Virus record (IMG/VR): IMGVR_UViG_2667527588_000004
Source: a virus
Lineage: Duplodnaviria > Heunggongvirae > Uroviricota > Caudoviricetes
DNA length: 32,608 bases
Direction: 5' to 3' (one strand)
Each line of letters starts with the position of its first letter. Within the stretch, counting starts at the first letter, position 1. The translations under genes and the position numbers were made by a program. The notes under the pieces are model-generated. The model was given only the letters and a program-made list of their open reading frames with translations, was not told where the DNA came from and ran no database searches. Shown here one piece after another: positions 16,907-24,492 of this stretch.

Positions 16907-17728
16907 TTACCTAGTTACCTTTTTTAACTGCCGCTCAGCCCATGCTTCTTCAATATCAAACCGGGTCACCAGCGCATCATAGAATTTCTTAACTGTTTTT
17001 TCCCATGACGCGCGTGTTATCTGGTTTGTCACCTCGCATATAGCATTAAATGCCTCCGTTGATGGTAGTCTTTCATAGCCACGACCACCACAACGCTGGC
17101 AGTCTCTGATAACAGGCATACCACGTTTTACCGACTCTTCACGATGAATGGCGACACCACGCCCACGGCAATCCTTACAGGCGGTGGAAACCTCACCCTT
17201 TCCACCACACTCCGGACAGGCAACTTTTACCACCTCCCTGACTTTTTTCCATTCTTCCCAGTAAGACGGATACACACCTTTCGTACACTTTGCCCATACC
17301 GGCGGCTTACCATCCGGATACTGGACCTTGTTTGTAAAAACTACGCTTTCAATAAATTTTTCCCCATAGCAACAAGGGCACTGCTTTTTACTCGCTGCGC
17401 TGCGGGCATAATCCTCAAAAGCGTACGAAGCCATAATGCGCATCACTAACGGTTTTATTTCTGCCGGAAGTTTTCTCAACGCCGCCACACGATCGCACCG
17501 ACTGAGTGCATAATCTGCCAGTAATTCTGTTGCCCGCGCCCTGTCATTCATACTGATGCCCATTTTCCCCAGGAACGCAGAAAACCCCATCTCAGCCCGA
17601 TTCTGTGTCATGCCCTGCGCGGCCATCACATCAGTGATACTCAGCGCATCTTTTGACGTTGAGGCCGATGCATCGGTCAGGCAAGGTGATTTTGGGGAGT
17701 AGTATTTCGGTAAATCTTCCAGTTTCAT
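16907..17728 (-). CDS. Putative late-gene antiterminator Q (QuuQ-like) with DnaJ-type zinc-finger repeats
   Basis: 273 aa ORF between rusA and the late promoter/tRNA/lysis region; repeated CxxCxGxG motifs (CPECGGKG, CKDCRGRG, CQRCGGRG); function assigned by position plus recollection of the Qin quuQ size. Confidence 0.55.
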   Translation of the reverse strand: MKLEDLPKYYSPKSPCLTDASASTSKDALSITDVMAAQGMTQNRAEMGFSAFLGKMGISMNDRARATELLADYALSRCDRVAALRKLPAEIKPLVMRIMASYAFEDYARSAASKKQCPCCYGEKFIESVVFTNKVQYPDGKPPVWAKCTKGVYPSYWEEWKKVREVVKVACPECGGKGEVSTACKDCRGRGVAIHREESVKRGMPVIRDCQRCGGRGYERLPSTEAFNAICEVTNQITRASWEKTVKKFYDALVTRFDIEEAWAERQLKKVTR

Positions 17729-18099
17729 TTTTTGACCTGCTCTTCATGCATTATGGGGTAAATCTTCACCCCCAGACGTCCACCAGATACTGGCTGACCA
17801 CGAACGATATTGATTTCATCAAACTGCTCATCGTCCATTAACACTCCCGCATGCGTCAGCGCATCCAGCGGTGCTTTCAGGATATTGTCCAGGTCGCGAC
17901 GACGCTTATCCGGTGGCTCTGCAATCACCTTTATCGCCAGCCTTCCGGACAGGCTTAATTTCAGCCGCTGCTGGCGAACAATAAGCGCCACAGCCCGGCG
18001 ATAACGCTTTCCCTCCTCCGAGATAAAATATGTGCTGCCACGGCGTCGCCAGTAAGTGTTCACCGTCGGCGGGTAAGGTAAAACCAAATCTATGAGCAT
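17725..18099 (-). CDS. rusA: Holliday junction resolvase RusA
   Basis: 124 aa; LPYPPTVNTYWRR N-terminus and RRRDLDNILKAPLDAL acidic catalytic motif typical of RusA; Nin-region position. Confidence 0.85.
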   Translation of the reverse strand: MLIDLVLPYPPTVNTYWRRRGSTYFISEEGKRYRRAVALIVRQQRLKLSLSGRLAIKVIAEPPDKRRRDLDNILKAPLDALTHAGVLMDDEQFDEINIVRGQPVSGGRLGVKIYPIMHEEQVKK

Positions 18100-18111
18100 C
18101 AGTCACCTCTT

Positions 18112-19161
18112 TTACCCAAGCACGCCAGTTGCAAAGGCGTGATCAAGAAAACGAAAAATTAAATCAACCTGAGAACCATGCTTTTCTTCGAACGCCAGAG
18201 GATCCGCATGAAGCTCGTTGTGATGCTCCCGACACAGCGGTAGCGTGAAAATATCGTGAGATTTTGTCCCCATTCCGCCCTGACCATGACCAATCAGGTG
18301 ATGGGGATCGTCGGCTGGCTTACCACAACACGCACACGGCTGTGTCTTCACCCAGCGTGTGTATTTCTCGTTAACCCAGCGGCGACGTTTAGGTCGTTTC
18401 ATGAAAGATTCCGGAGACTCAGGATCAACGGCAATGCTGACCACCGTCTTTTCCTGTGGTGGGTTCTGTTGCTGGTGGGCGTGAGGCAGCGGCGCAAGAT
18501 TTTTTGTGCGCTGTTTCAGTATGCTGGTGGCGGTCTGCTCTCCCGGTACGATGTCGCTTTCACGGTACATTGAGCGGATTTTTTCCGCACGCAACCCCAG
18601 CGAACCACGTAATACCGCTTCCGGTAGCGCGTCCGCCACCTGATTGCGGACCGCCCACCAGGATAATTCAGCCAAAGATAATTCACGCTCCTGCGTACCG
18701 CTTATTGCGTGACCGATGACGTCAATCATCCATGCTGACAGGTTTTGATGAGCAAGTTGCTCGAGTGATTCGGATGTCTGGTCACGCAGCTGGTTGTCGC
18801 AGTGCCAGCACAACACCATTGCGCCGGTACCATAACGGTGAATGACGGTTTCGCTGTGATGATAATCGCCGTGTGGCCACTGGCAGGATTTAATATGGCG
18901 CAACAGCCAGTCAGACAATGCACCAGCACCACCAGCAGCACGAATTACCCGTGCGTTACTGAAAAACGGCAGCAATGTTTTGTCTTCCACCAGCGGCTGG
19001 CGAACGGCAGGAACGACCCCGGACGGCAGATTACGCATGCTTTTCGGTTCCGGCTCCACCAGTACCCGGGTATTGTGGAATACCGGCATGGATTCACGGC
19101 CCGGCTTAACGACCACCAGCCCGAGTTCCGGTACCAGAACAGGTCGAAGTAATACCCGCAC
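18112..19161 (-). CDS. DUF968-type protein (YdfU-like) with C-terminal HNH-like motif
   Basis: 349 aa, the length of Qin YdfU; C-terminal CACCGKPADDPHH...CREHHNELH resembles an HNH/zinc-binding nuclease motif. Confidence 0.55.
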   Translation of the reverse strand: MRVLLRPVLVPELGLVVVKPGRESMPVFHNTRVLVEPEPKSMRNLPSGVVPAVRQPLVEDKTLLPFFSNARVIRAAGGAGALSDWLLRHIKSCQWPHGDYHHSETVIHRYGTGAMVLCWHCDNQLRDQTSESLEQLAHQNLSAWMIDVIGHAISGTQERELSLAELSWWAVRNQVADALPEAVLRGSLGLRAEKIRSMYRESDIVPGEQTATSILKQRTKNLAPLPHAHQQQNPPQEKTVVSIAVDPESPESFMKRPKRRRWVNEKYTRWVKTQPCACCGKPADDPHHLIGHGQGGMGTKSHDIFTLPLCREHHNELHADPLAFEEKHGSQVDLIFRFLDHAFATGVLG

Positions 19162-19162
19162 G

Positions 19163-19441
19163 TTACCTCCAGATGCGTTGCTGGAATGTACGGGACGGAC
19201 GCGGTGGGCGTTCGGAGTAAGGCAATCTGACTGAGATTATCCAGTGACGGTAGTCGAGACTAAGAGCTTTCTTAACCTCGTATCCGCGCCTGCGGTAACA
19301 CTGAATTATCCATTCAGCCTGCTCTTCAGTGCATGGAGGGTGCTGGAACCATTCAGACTTGAATGCGTGAGAATACCGCTCGTGCGTGCAGGCAAGAACG
19401 GGCGAATTATCAGAATTGTAATATTTTACGTTGCGTGCCAT
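19163..19441 (-). CDS. Hypothetical protein
   Basis: 92 aa ORF tightly packed between the Rem-like and DUF968 genes; no recognisable motif. Confidence 0.4.
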   Translation of the reverse strand: MARNVKYYNSDNSPVLACTHERYSHAFKSEWFQHPPCTEEQAEWIIQCYRRRGYEVKKALSLDYRHWIISVRLPYSERPPRPSRTFQQRIWR

Positions 19442-19507
19442 CGGTTTTCTCCGGTGGCACGGTGTTACTCAGCGGGAGTTCAGCCCCGCGCAAGATTGTA
19501 GATGAGT

Positions 19508-19759
19508 TTATTCTTCTGAAAAAGCAGAAAAGCCAGCTTTCATTCCGATCTCTTTCAATGCCTGTAATGAAGTGACAAACTCACTGTCGCGCAAGATAAA
19601 TCCGTCCGTCACTCGGGCATTCACAAAATTAATTAACGCAGCCCCATTTTTTTGCAAACACACAATGCGGTAATGACTAACAATATTTCCATTTTCAACG
19701 CACACAGCATAGAGGCCATCTTCACAAAAAATTTTACGCAGTTCTTCGATGTTCATCAT
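19508..19759 (-). CDS. Rem-like small protein
   Basis: 83 aa ORF directly downstream of hok, matching the size and position of rem in Qin (from memory). Confidence 0.45.
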   Translation of the reverse strand: MMNIEELRKIFCEDGLYAVCVENGNIVSHYRIVCLQKNGAALINFVNARVTDGFILRDSEFVTSLQALKEIGMKAGFSAFSEE

Positions 19760-19875
19760 CAGAATCCTTCCGGATAATTAGCTCTCCCCTTTAAGGGACC
19801 ATCCCTCTTATCCCTGCGCGCTACTTAAGTATTTTTGATTCTATTCCGGCACCGTCCAGAACTTCAAACGCGTTG

Positions 19876-19907
19876 AAAATAAAAACAAAAACCCGCCGAA
19901 GCGGGTT
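19876..19907 (-). terminator. Rho-independent terminator at the 3' end of the hok mRNA
   Basis: Minus-strand hairpin AACCCGC-TTCG-GCGGGTT followed by TTTTGTTTTTATTTT. Confidence 0.7.
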
Positions 19908-19975
19908 AAGTGCGGGTGCGTTGAGGATGCCTGCCACATCAGAGGTGGCGAGGGATTTCTCCCTCGCCGGGTCTC

Positions 19976-20131
19976 TTACTCCTCAGGTTCGTAAGCTGTG
20001 AAGACAGCGACCTCCGTCTGGCCGGTTCGGATTCGTACCTCGCAGAGGTCTTTCCTCGTTACCAGTGCCGTCACTATGACGGTTAAACAGATGACGATCA
20101 GGGCGATTAACATCGCCTTTTGCTGCTTCAT
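19976..20131 (-). CDS. hok: Hok/Gef family type I toxin (HokD/RelF-like)
   Basis: 51 aa MKQQKAMLIALIVICLTVIVTALVTRKDLCEVRIRTGQTEVAVFTAYEPEE; TM helix plus conserved RK.LCE..IR....EVA.F.AYE core; an in-frame upstream ATG at 20188 gives a 70 aa mok-like frame. Confidence 0.9.
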   Translation of the reverse strand: MKQQKAMLIALIVICLTVIVTALVTRKDLCEVRIRTGQTEVAVFTAYEPEE

Positions 20132-20342
20132 AGCCTGCTTCTCCTTGCCTTTCGGCACGTAAGAGGCTAACCTACATGTGTCTAGCATGAAATTGGCCTC
20201 AGATTAATGTTAAGCGTCTTGCAGGACGCGTAATGTTAACTGGGGCTTTTCTCTATCTGCCGTTGGTGTTCATGCCCGAGGCAGATAGCCTCAAGCACCC
20301 GCAGCCATTCTACTTAACTACCGTTACCTCGCCAATGTGAAA

Positions 20343-20432
20343 TCAGTCAGAAAGGCGATCCATAAGAACAATAGCAAGACAATAAATCGCCATTACAGCC
20401 GTAATAGCCAGCGCACATTTGAGAACCAGCAC
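20343..20432 (-). CDS. Candidate small hydrophobic peptide (29 aa), possible type I toxin-like sORF
   Basis: GTG start preceded by AGGAGG with a 5-nt spacer; translation (M)LVLKCALAITAVMAIYCLAIVLMDRLSD is one predicted TM helix with a charged C-terminus. Confidence 0.3.
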   Translation of the reverse strand: MLVLKCALAITAVMAIYCLAIVLMDRLSD

Positions 20433-20674
20433 CACAACCTCCTGTATTGGACGTACACCGGTCCTGATGAATATGAGGCTGTCTCGTCAGTGATTCAATA
20501 CAACTATTGGGTATAGTTTCTCTGATTTTTTCTGTGGAAATGGGGCTCAACCACTAGTCATTTAATACGCAAAGTCCGATACAAGCTAACCTTCTAGTCC
20601 GCTTTGAGCGAAGAGCGGACATTGCTAACAGCATCCTGTGTGAATCATTACGATCAAATCGATGACTAGATAAG

Positions 20675-20711
20675 TACAAACCGGAAAAGGGGCCTACTGA
20701 CGAAGTAGGCC
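20675..20711 (-). terminator. Terminator-like hairpin after the three-gene operon
   Basis: Minus-strand hairpin GGCCTAC-TTCGTCA-GTAGGCC followed by CCTTTTCCGGTTTG, 18 nt after the gene C stop. Confidence 0.45.
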
Positions 20712-20728
20712 TGAGTTCCTTATATATT

Positions 20729-21385
20729 TCACAAAATTCTGAGAGTTTCTAAGATGGATAAAAGTGTTGGAAGCTGACTCTCTCTCACACGGAATCTACC
20801 CGTCCTAGATAATTCCGTTTCAATTCCGTTAACGAAGAAATGTACGGAATCAAAAACGGCCGAACTATTCATGTATTTATTCTGATAAATTTCTTGGAGA
20901 TTCTTTGAGCTTACTATTTTTGTCTTTGCTAAAGTAAAAGGATCAACAGAGATATTAGATAGAGACATGGATTTTATCTTGATGTCAAAGCCCTCAGAAA
21001 GACCATTTACAATTTTTCTCAGATCAAATTCTACTGGTCTCAAGCCACTATCTTCACCAAATAGTTTTTGCACCATAGTATAAGGCACTTTCATACTTAA
21101 TGGAGGATTAGTGGCATATAGTATGATTTTTTTCCCTTGTCTGACGCCAAAGTCCACATTTAAGTAAGTTGCTATTTCAACCTCTGAACGCTCGCCATTA
21201 GCATATTCTAAGCTTTGCTTGCTAATGCTTCTCATGGTAAATCTTAGTTTAAGCACTTCAGAGTTATTAATGATTTGAAAACCATATCCTTTATCTTCAT
21301 CATAGAGGTTGTCATTTACTTTATGTAATAACTCACTTTTAGTTATATCCTTTTCTGCTTTATAAATTTTTACCTTTATCATCAT
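20729..21385 (-). CDS. Hypothetical protein C of the AT-rich three-gene operon (218 aa), unknown function
   Basis: ATGATG start at 21385 overlaps the gene B stop as ATGA; AGGAGG 4 nt upstream; AT-rich codon usage unlike the flanking phage genes; no motif recognised. Confidence 0.8.
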   Translation of the reverse strand: MMIKVKIYKAEKDITKSELLHKVNDNLYDEDKGYGFQIINNSEVLKLRFTMRSISKQSLEYANGERSEVEIATYLNVDFGVRQGKKIILYATNPPLSMKVPYTMVQKLFGEDSGLRPVEFDLRKIVNGLSEGFDIKIKSMSLSNISVDPFTLAKTKIVSSKNLQEIYQNKYMNSSAVFDSVHFFVNGIETELSRTGRFRVRESQLPTLLSILETLRIL

Positions 21386-22629
21386 CCAGCCTCCTGATTC
21401 AAAGTCTCGCAAGACATAGCTTTCGTTACTGGGTATCGCTTGGTATGCTCTTCGATAATAAAGTCATTAATCAAAAATATTTTATCTTCTAATTGTTTCA
21501 TGACTTGATCAAAGTCTGCGTCACTGAGTTTTTCTCTCTCTGCGGATGCAGAGTTGCTTTCTTTGTATAACGCTCTGAATTTTATATTTTTCCCAAGATA
21601 TTTATCATCGAAACTAAGTTCAAAAGTTATAGTATGATTCTTAACTACTGAGGAAAATGACTTCCATCGAATTAAGCTTCGATAAAACCCATCACTGCAC
21701 AGTTCCTTAATTTGAGGTGCGTTCACTAATGATAGGCCATCATACGCGGCATTGTTAATGTTAAAAGTTAGGTTTTCATCATCGTCAGATGCCATTTCCT
21801 GATTATTAATGTCATCATCATTTTCGTTATCTGTAGAAGGTGAAATCTTGTTTAATAACTCTTGTGTTTCTTCATTATTATTTCCTTCGAGATTATCTCC
21901 ATTAATATCCAGAGATGTTTTTATTCTGCTTACTCTAACCTTTTCAAGACCAGCATATTCGAGTCCTGTTTTTTTATAATTTCCATCAAAATCATAAAGA
22001 TGAACAGCAAAAATATTCCTAAGATCTGTATCGACGATACTTGATAAATCTATTTCGTTGACAACTATGTTGTTACAAACTGTTGATGAATATGTATCAA
22101 TTATTTGCTTGAGAATTTCTGAAATGCGTGGCGTATAGTTATATCTTACTGAAACATATCCTTTTTTTACTATAAAAACTATACTCCCACTGTACAATTT
22201 TTTCTGCTGAAACTTACCCCTTCTAAAATCAAACTCAGTATAATCAATAGATATATGATAGGTTTGCAAGCCTGAGTAATGATCAATTTTCTCATGCCCT
22301 AGCAACTTGGGTCTATTTTCTTTCACTTTGTTTACAACGTCATAGAGTTTCTCTATATCAAATTCTTCATATATACGTTTTACTGAGAAGACGTCTTGGC
22401 TGGGTTTGGTTGCCAGTTTATCTTGTACTTCTCTGATGTGATTATATGAAAATGGCAGGTCTGATAATTTTTCTATCAATACCTCTTTTGATAAGTTAGA
22501 TGGGAAAATTATCCCTCTATTGAAGGCGATTTTCCTTAATGTAACATCTGTGATTTTTGCACTGTTAGAGTGGAGGGCGGTATAAATGTCACTTTCGTTT
22601 GAAAACAACGTAGCTTGATATTTATTCAT
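21382..22629 (-). CDS. Hypothetical protein B of the AT-rich three-gene operon (415 aa), unknown function
   Basis: ATG at 22629 with AAGGAG spanning the gene A stop; contains an Asn/Asp/Glu-rich low-complexity linker (NNNEETQELL...DNENDDDINNQEMASDDDEN); no Walker A or other motif recognised. Confidence 0.8.
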   Translation of the reverse strand: MNKYQATLFSNESDIYTALHSNSAKITDVTLRKIAFNRGIIFPSNLSKEVLIEKLSDLPFSYNHIREVQDKLATKPSQDVFSVKRIYEEFDIEKLYDVVNKVKENRPKLLGHEKIDHYSGLQTYHISIDYTEFDFRRGKFQQKKLYSGSIVFIVKKGYVSVRYNYTPRISEILKQIIDTYSSTVCNNIVVNEIDLSSIVDTDLRNIFAVHLYDFDGNYKKTGLEYAGLEKVRVSRIKTSLDINGDNLEGNNNEETQELLNKISPSTDNENDDDINNQEMASDDDENLTFNINNAAYDGLSLVNAPQIKELCSDGFYRSLIRWKSFSSVVKNHTITFELSFDDKYLGKNIKFRALYKESNSASAEREKLSDADFDQVMKQLEDKIFLINDFIIEEHTKRYPVTKAMSCETLNQEAG

Positions 22630-22639
22630 GTCATACTCC

Positions 22640-23731
22640 TTATGAAAAGTGACATTTTCTATTCACCTGCTTGCTGGCAACCTGGTACTCAAATATAGAT
22701 AGCTTTTGATTAACAAAAGGAATGGATACTATTTTTTCCTTTAACGTTTCTATATGAGATTGAGTGAAAGAATATATTCCTATGTAATCATTAATGGCGG
22801 ATTGCAAATGAATGCTTGAGTGTGATGAGAACGGAGTTATAACAAATATTTTGTCAAATTGATTGAGTAATTGATAGTTAAATATATACTCTAAAAGAAA
22901 TATAAAGTGGTTACTGGAATCAACCTCTTCCTTCCAGAATATATTCAATATTTTATTTCTTATTCTATCGCCACCATCATTTCTAATATATTCGTGTTCA
23001 TATGAGTAAAAAATCATCCCAGATGTTATCATTTCAATTGTGGCTGGAAGAATTTTCCCTTTCGTTGCTATTTTATTATGTTTGTCAGGGTAAAAATATG
23101 TACAGTTCTCTATCTCAGGAATTTTTTGCCATAACATATTTGTTTCTTGTGTTACTTTGTCAGTAATTCCTCTTCTAGTCTCGATGTGTTCTGTAACATC
23201 TAGTAAAAATCTGATCATAGTTGGGTCAAAAACGGCAATCACAGAGTTCTCTGGAAAATCATAACTTGCTGTGGCTGCTCCATTTAATTTCTCAATTAAA
23301 TCAGAGTCATATTTATTGTCATGATTATATATAAAAAGTAGGCCGTTAACTTGATATTTCTCATTTGTGCTGTCAACAAATAGACGCCGCCACTCAGGAC
23401 TTCTTGGCGCGCAAGCTACCTGTTGTGATAAACTTCGTACAGTGTTCAATATTGATTTTGTACCGTCAAGCGTGCTGGCACAATAAGATTTTAAATCTGT
23501 TTGTATATACTGAGTTATATCTGAATAAGGATCTTTATATTTGAAGACTACATCCGTAGGATGAGTTTTTTTTGGGTTTTCAGATAAAAGTTGTTTAGCG
23601 TTTAGATGAGATCTCAAACAACAGTCCCAACTTATATCCGTTGTATTTTGGGTTTTCCAGCCTAACTCATCAAAAATTCTACTGGAAATGATACCTGCAA
23701 TCTCATCAATATTCTTAGTTTCGCCGCCCAC
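22640..23731 (-). CDS. Hypothetical protein A of the AT-rich three-gene operon (363 aa), unknown function
   Basis: GTG start at 23731 with GGAGG 4 nt upstream; first gene of a translationally coupled A-B-C operon; no recognisable catalytic motif. Confidence 0.8.
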   Translation of the reverse strand: MGGETKNIDEIAGIISSRIFDELGWKTQNTTDISWDCCLRSHLNAKQLLSENPKKTHPTDVVFKYKDPYSDITQYIQTDLKSYCASTLDGTKSILNTVRSLSQQVACAPRSPEWRRLFVDSTNEKYQVNGLLFIYNHDNKYDSDLIEKLNGAATASYDFPENSVIAVFDPTMIRFLLDVTEHIETRRGITDKVTQETNMLWQKIPEIENCTYFYPDKHNKIATKGKILPATIEMITSGMIFYSYEHEYIRNDGGDRIRNKILNIFWKEEVDSSNHFIFLLEYIFNYQLLNQFDKIFVITPFSSHSSIHLQSAINDYIGIYSFTQSHIETLKEKIVSIPFVNQKLSIFEYQVASKQVNRKCHFS

Positions 23732-24050
23732 ACTTCCTCCATAGTTCGTTGTTTTATCTAGTGAAGATCTGATTCATGGTTTTCCAAGCCCATGCGCAAA
23801 ACAATTAATCAAGTAAGAATAATCTTAATCAATTTAATCTTTTTTATTTGAATCATCAAGAGCCCCATTACTGATAGGCATCAGTTGGTGGTATCTCTGC
23901 TCAAGCTTCAGTAAAATCTGGTTTGCTACTTCCGCTCCTGGCACAAAGCGGACAACCACGCCAGATCTACCCTGTGCCATGAAAAATGAGAATGTCAATT
24001 CACTCCTGAACTAATGCTTTTTAATCTAGTAACGTCTAAAATACCTAACA

Positions 24051-24452
24051 TTATCCCTGATAAAATGCCAGTATGCGCTGCATAACTTCACTCATCCGGC
24101 ACTCGCGACAGATTATGTTTAGGCGACTGTCGTAGCGACGTATTTCTCCATCAGGTAACGACCAGATAAGGTCCGGATCAACCACAGCTGTTTTCTTCAC
24201 CTTTGCCCTCGATAGTTTTTTGCGGGCGTTTTGCCAGTCCTTACGCGCCTGTTCAGACGGGAATAACCCGTAGCCGGAGTTGTATACATCGCCACTGGCT
24301 ACCAGCTCTCTGGCAAGAACGCTCATCAGATATCTAGTCGCACCTGTTTTAGCTTCCAGTTGCCGTAACGTCTCACGACCGCTCTGGCGCACGAGTTCCA
24401 CCACCTGCCCTTTAATTTTTTCCCGCTCTTCTTGTGTAAAAACTTTTGCCAC
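24051..24452 (-). CDS. Hypothetical phage protein
   Basis: 133 aa ORF downstream of the replication gene with typical phage-like GC content; basic; function unknown. Confidence 0.5.
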   Translation of the reverse strand: MAKVFTQEEREKIKGQVVELVRQSGRETLRQLEAKTGATRYLMSVLARELVASGDVYNSGYGLFPSEQARKDWQNARKKLSRAKVKKTAVVDPDLIWSLPDGEIRRYDSRLNIICRECRMSEVMQRILAFYQG

Positions 24453-24492
24453 AAGTCCCCCTTAAAATTACCTCATGACCTGAAATCAAAAC

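Noticed and set aside
17906-19234. Alternative-frame ORFs overlapping rusA and the DUF968 gene (17906..18106 -, 18256..18573 +, 18802..19152 +, 18980..19234 +)
   Set aside because: Nested in or antisense to better-supported genes, with no start signals.
20347-20550. 67-aa minus-strand ORF from the six-frame track
   Set aside because: Cys/Gly-rich nonsense-like sequence with no ribosome binding site; it overlaps the 29-aa sORF, which has a strong AGGAGG and a coherent TM helix, in a different frame.
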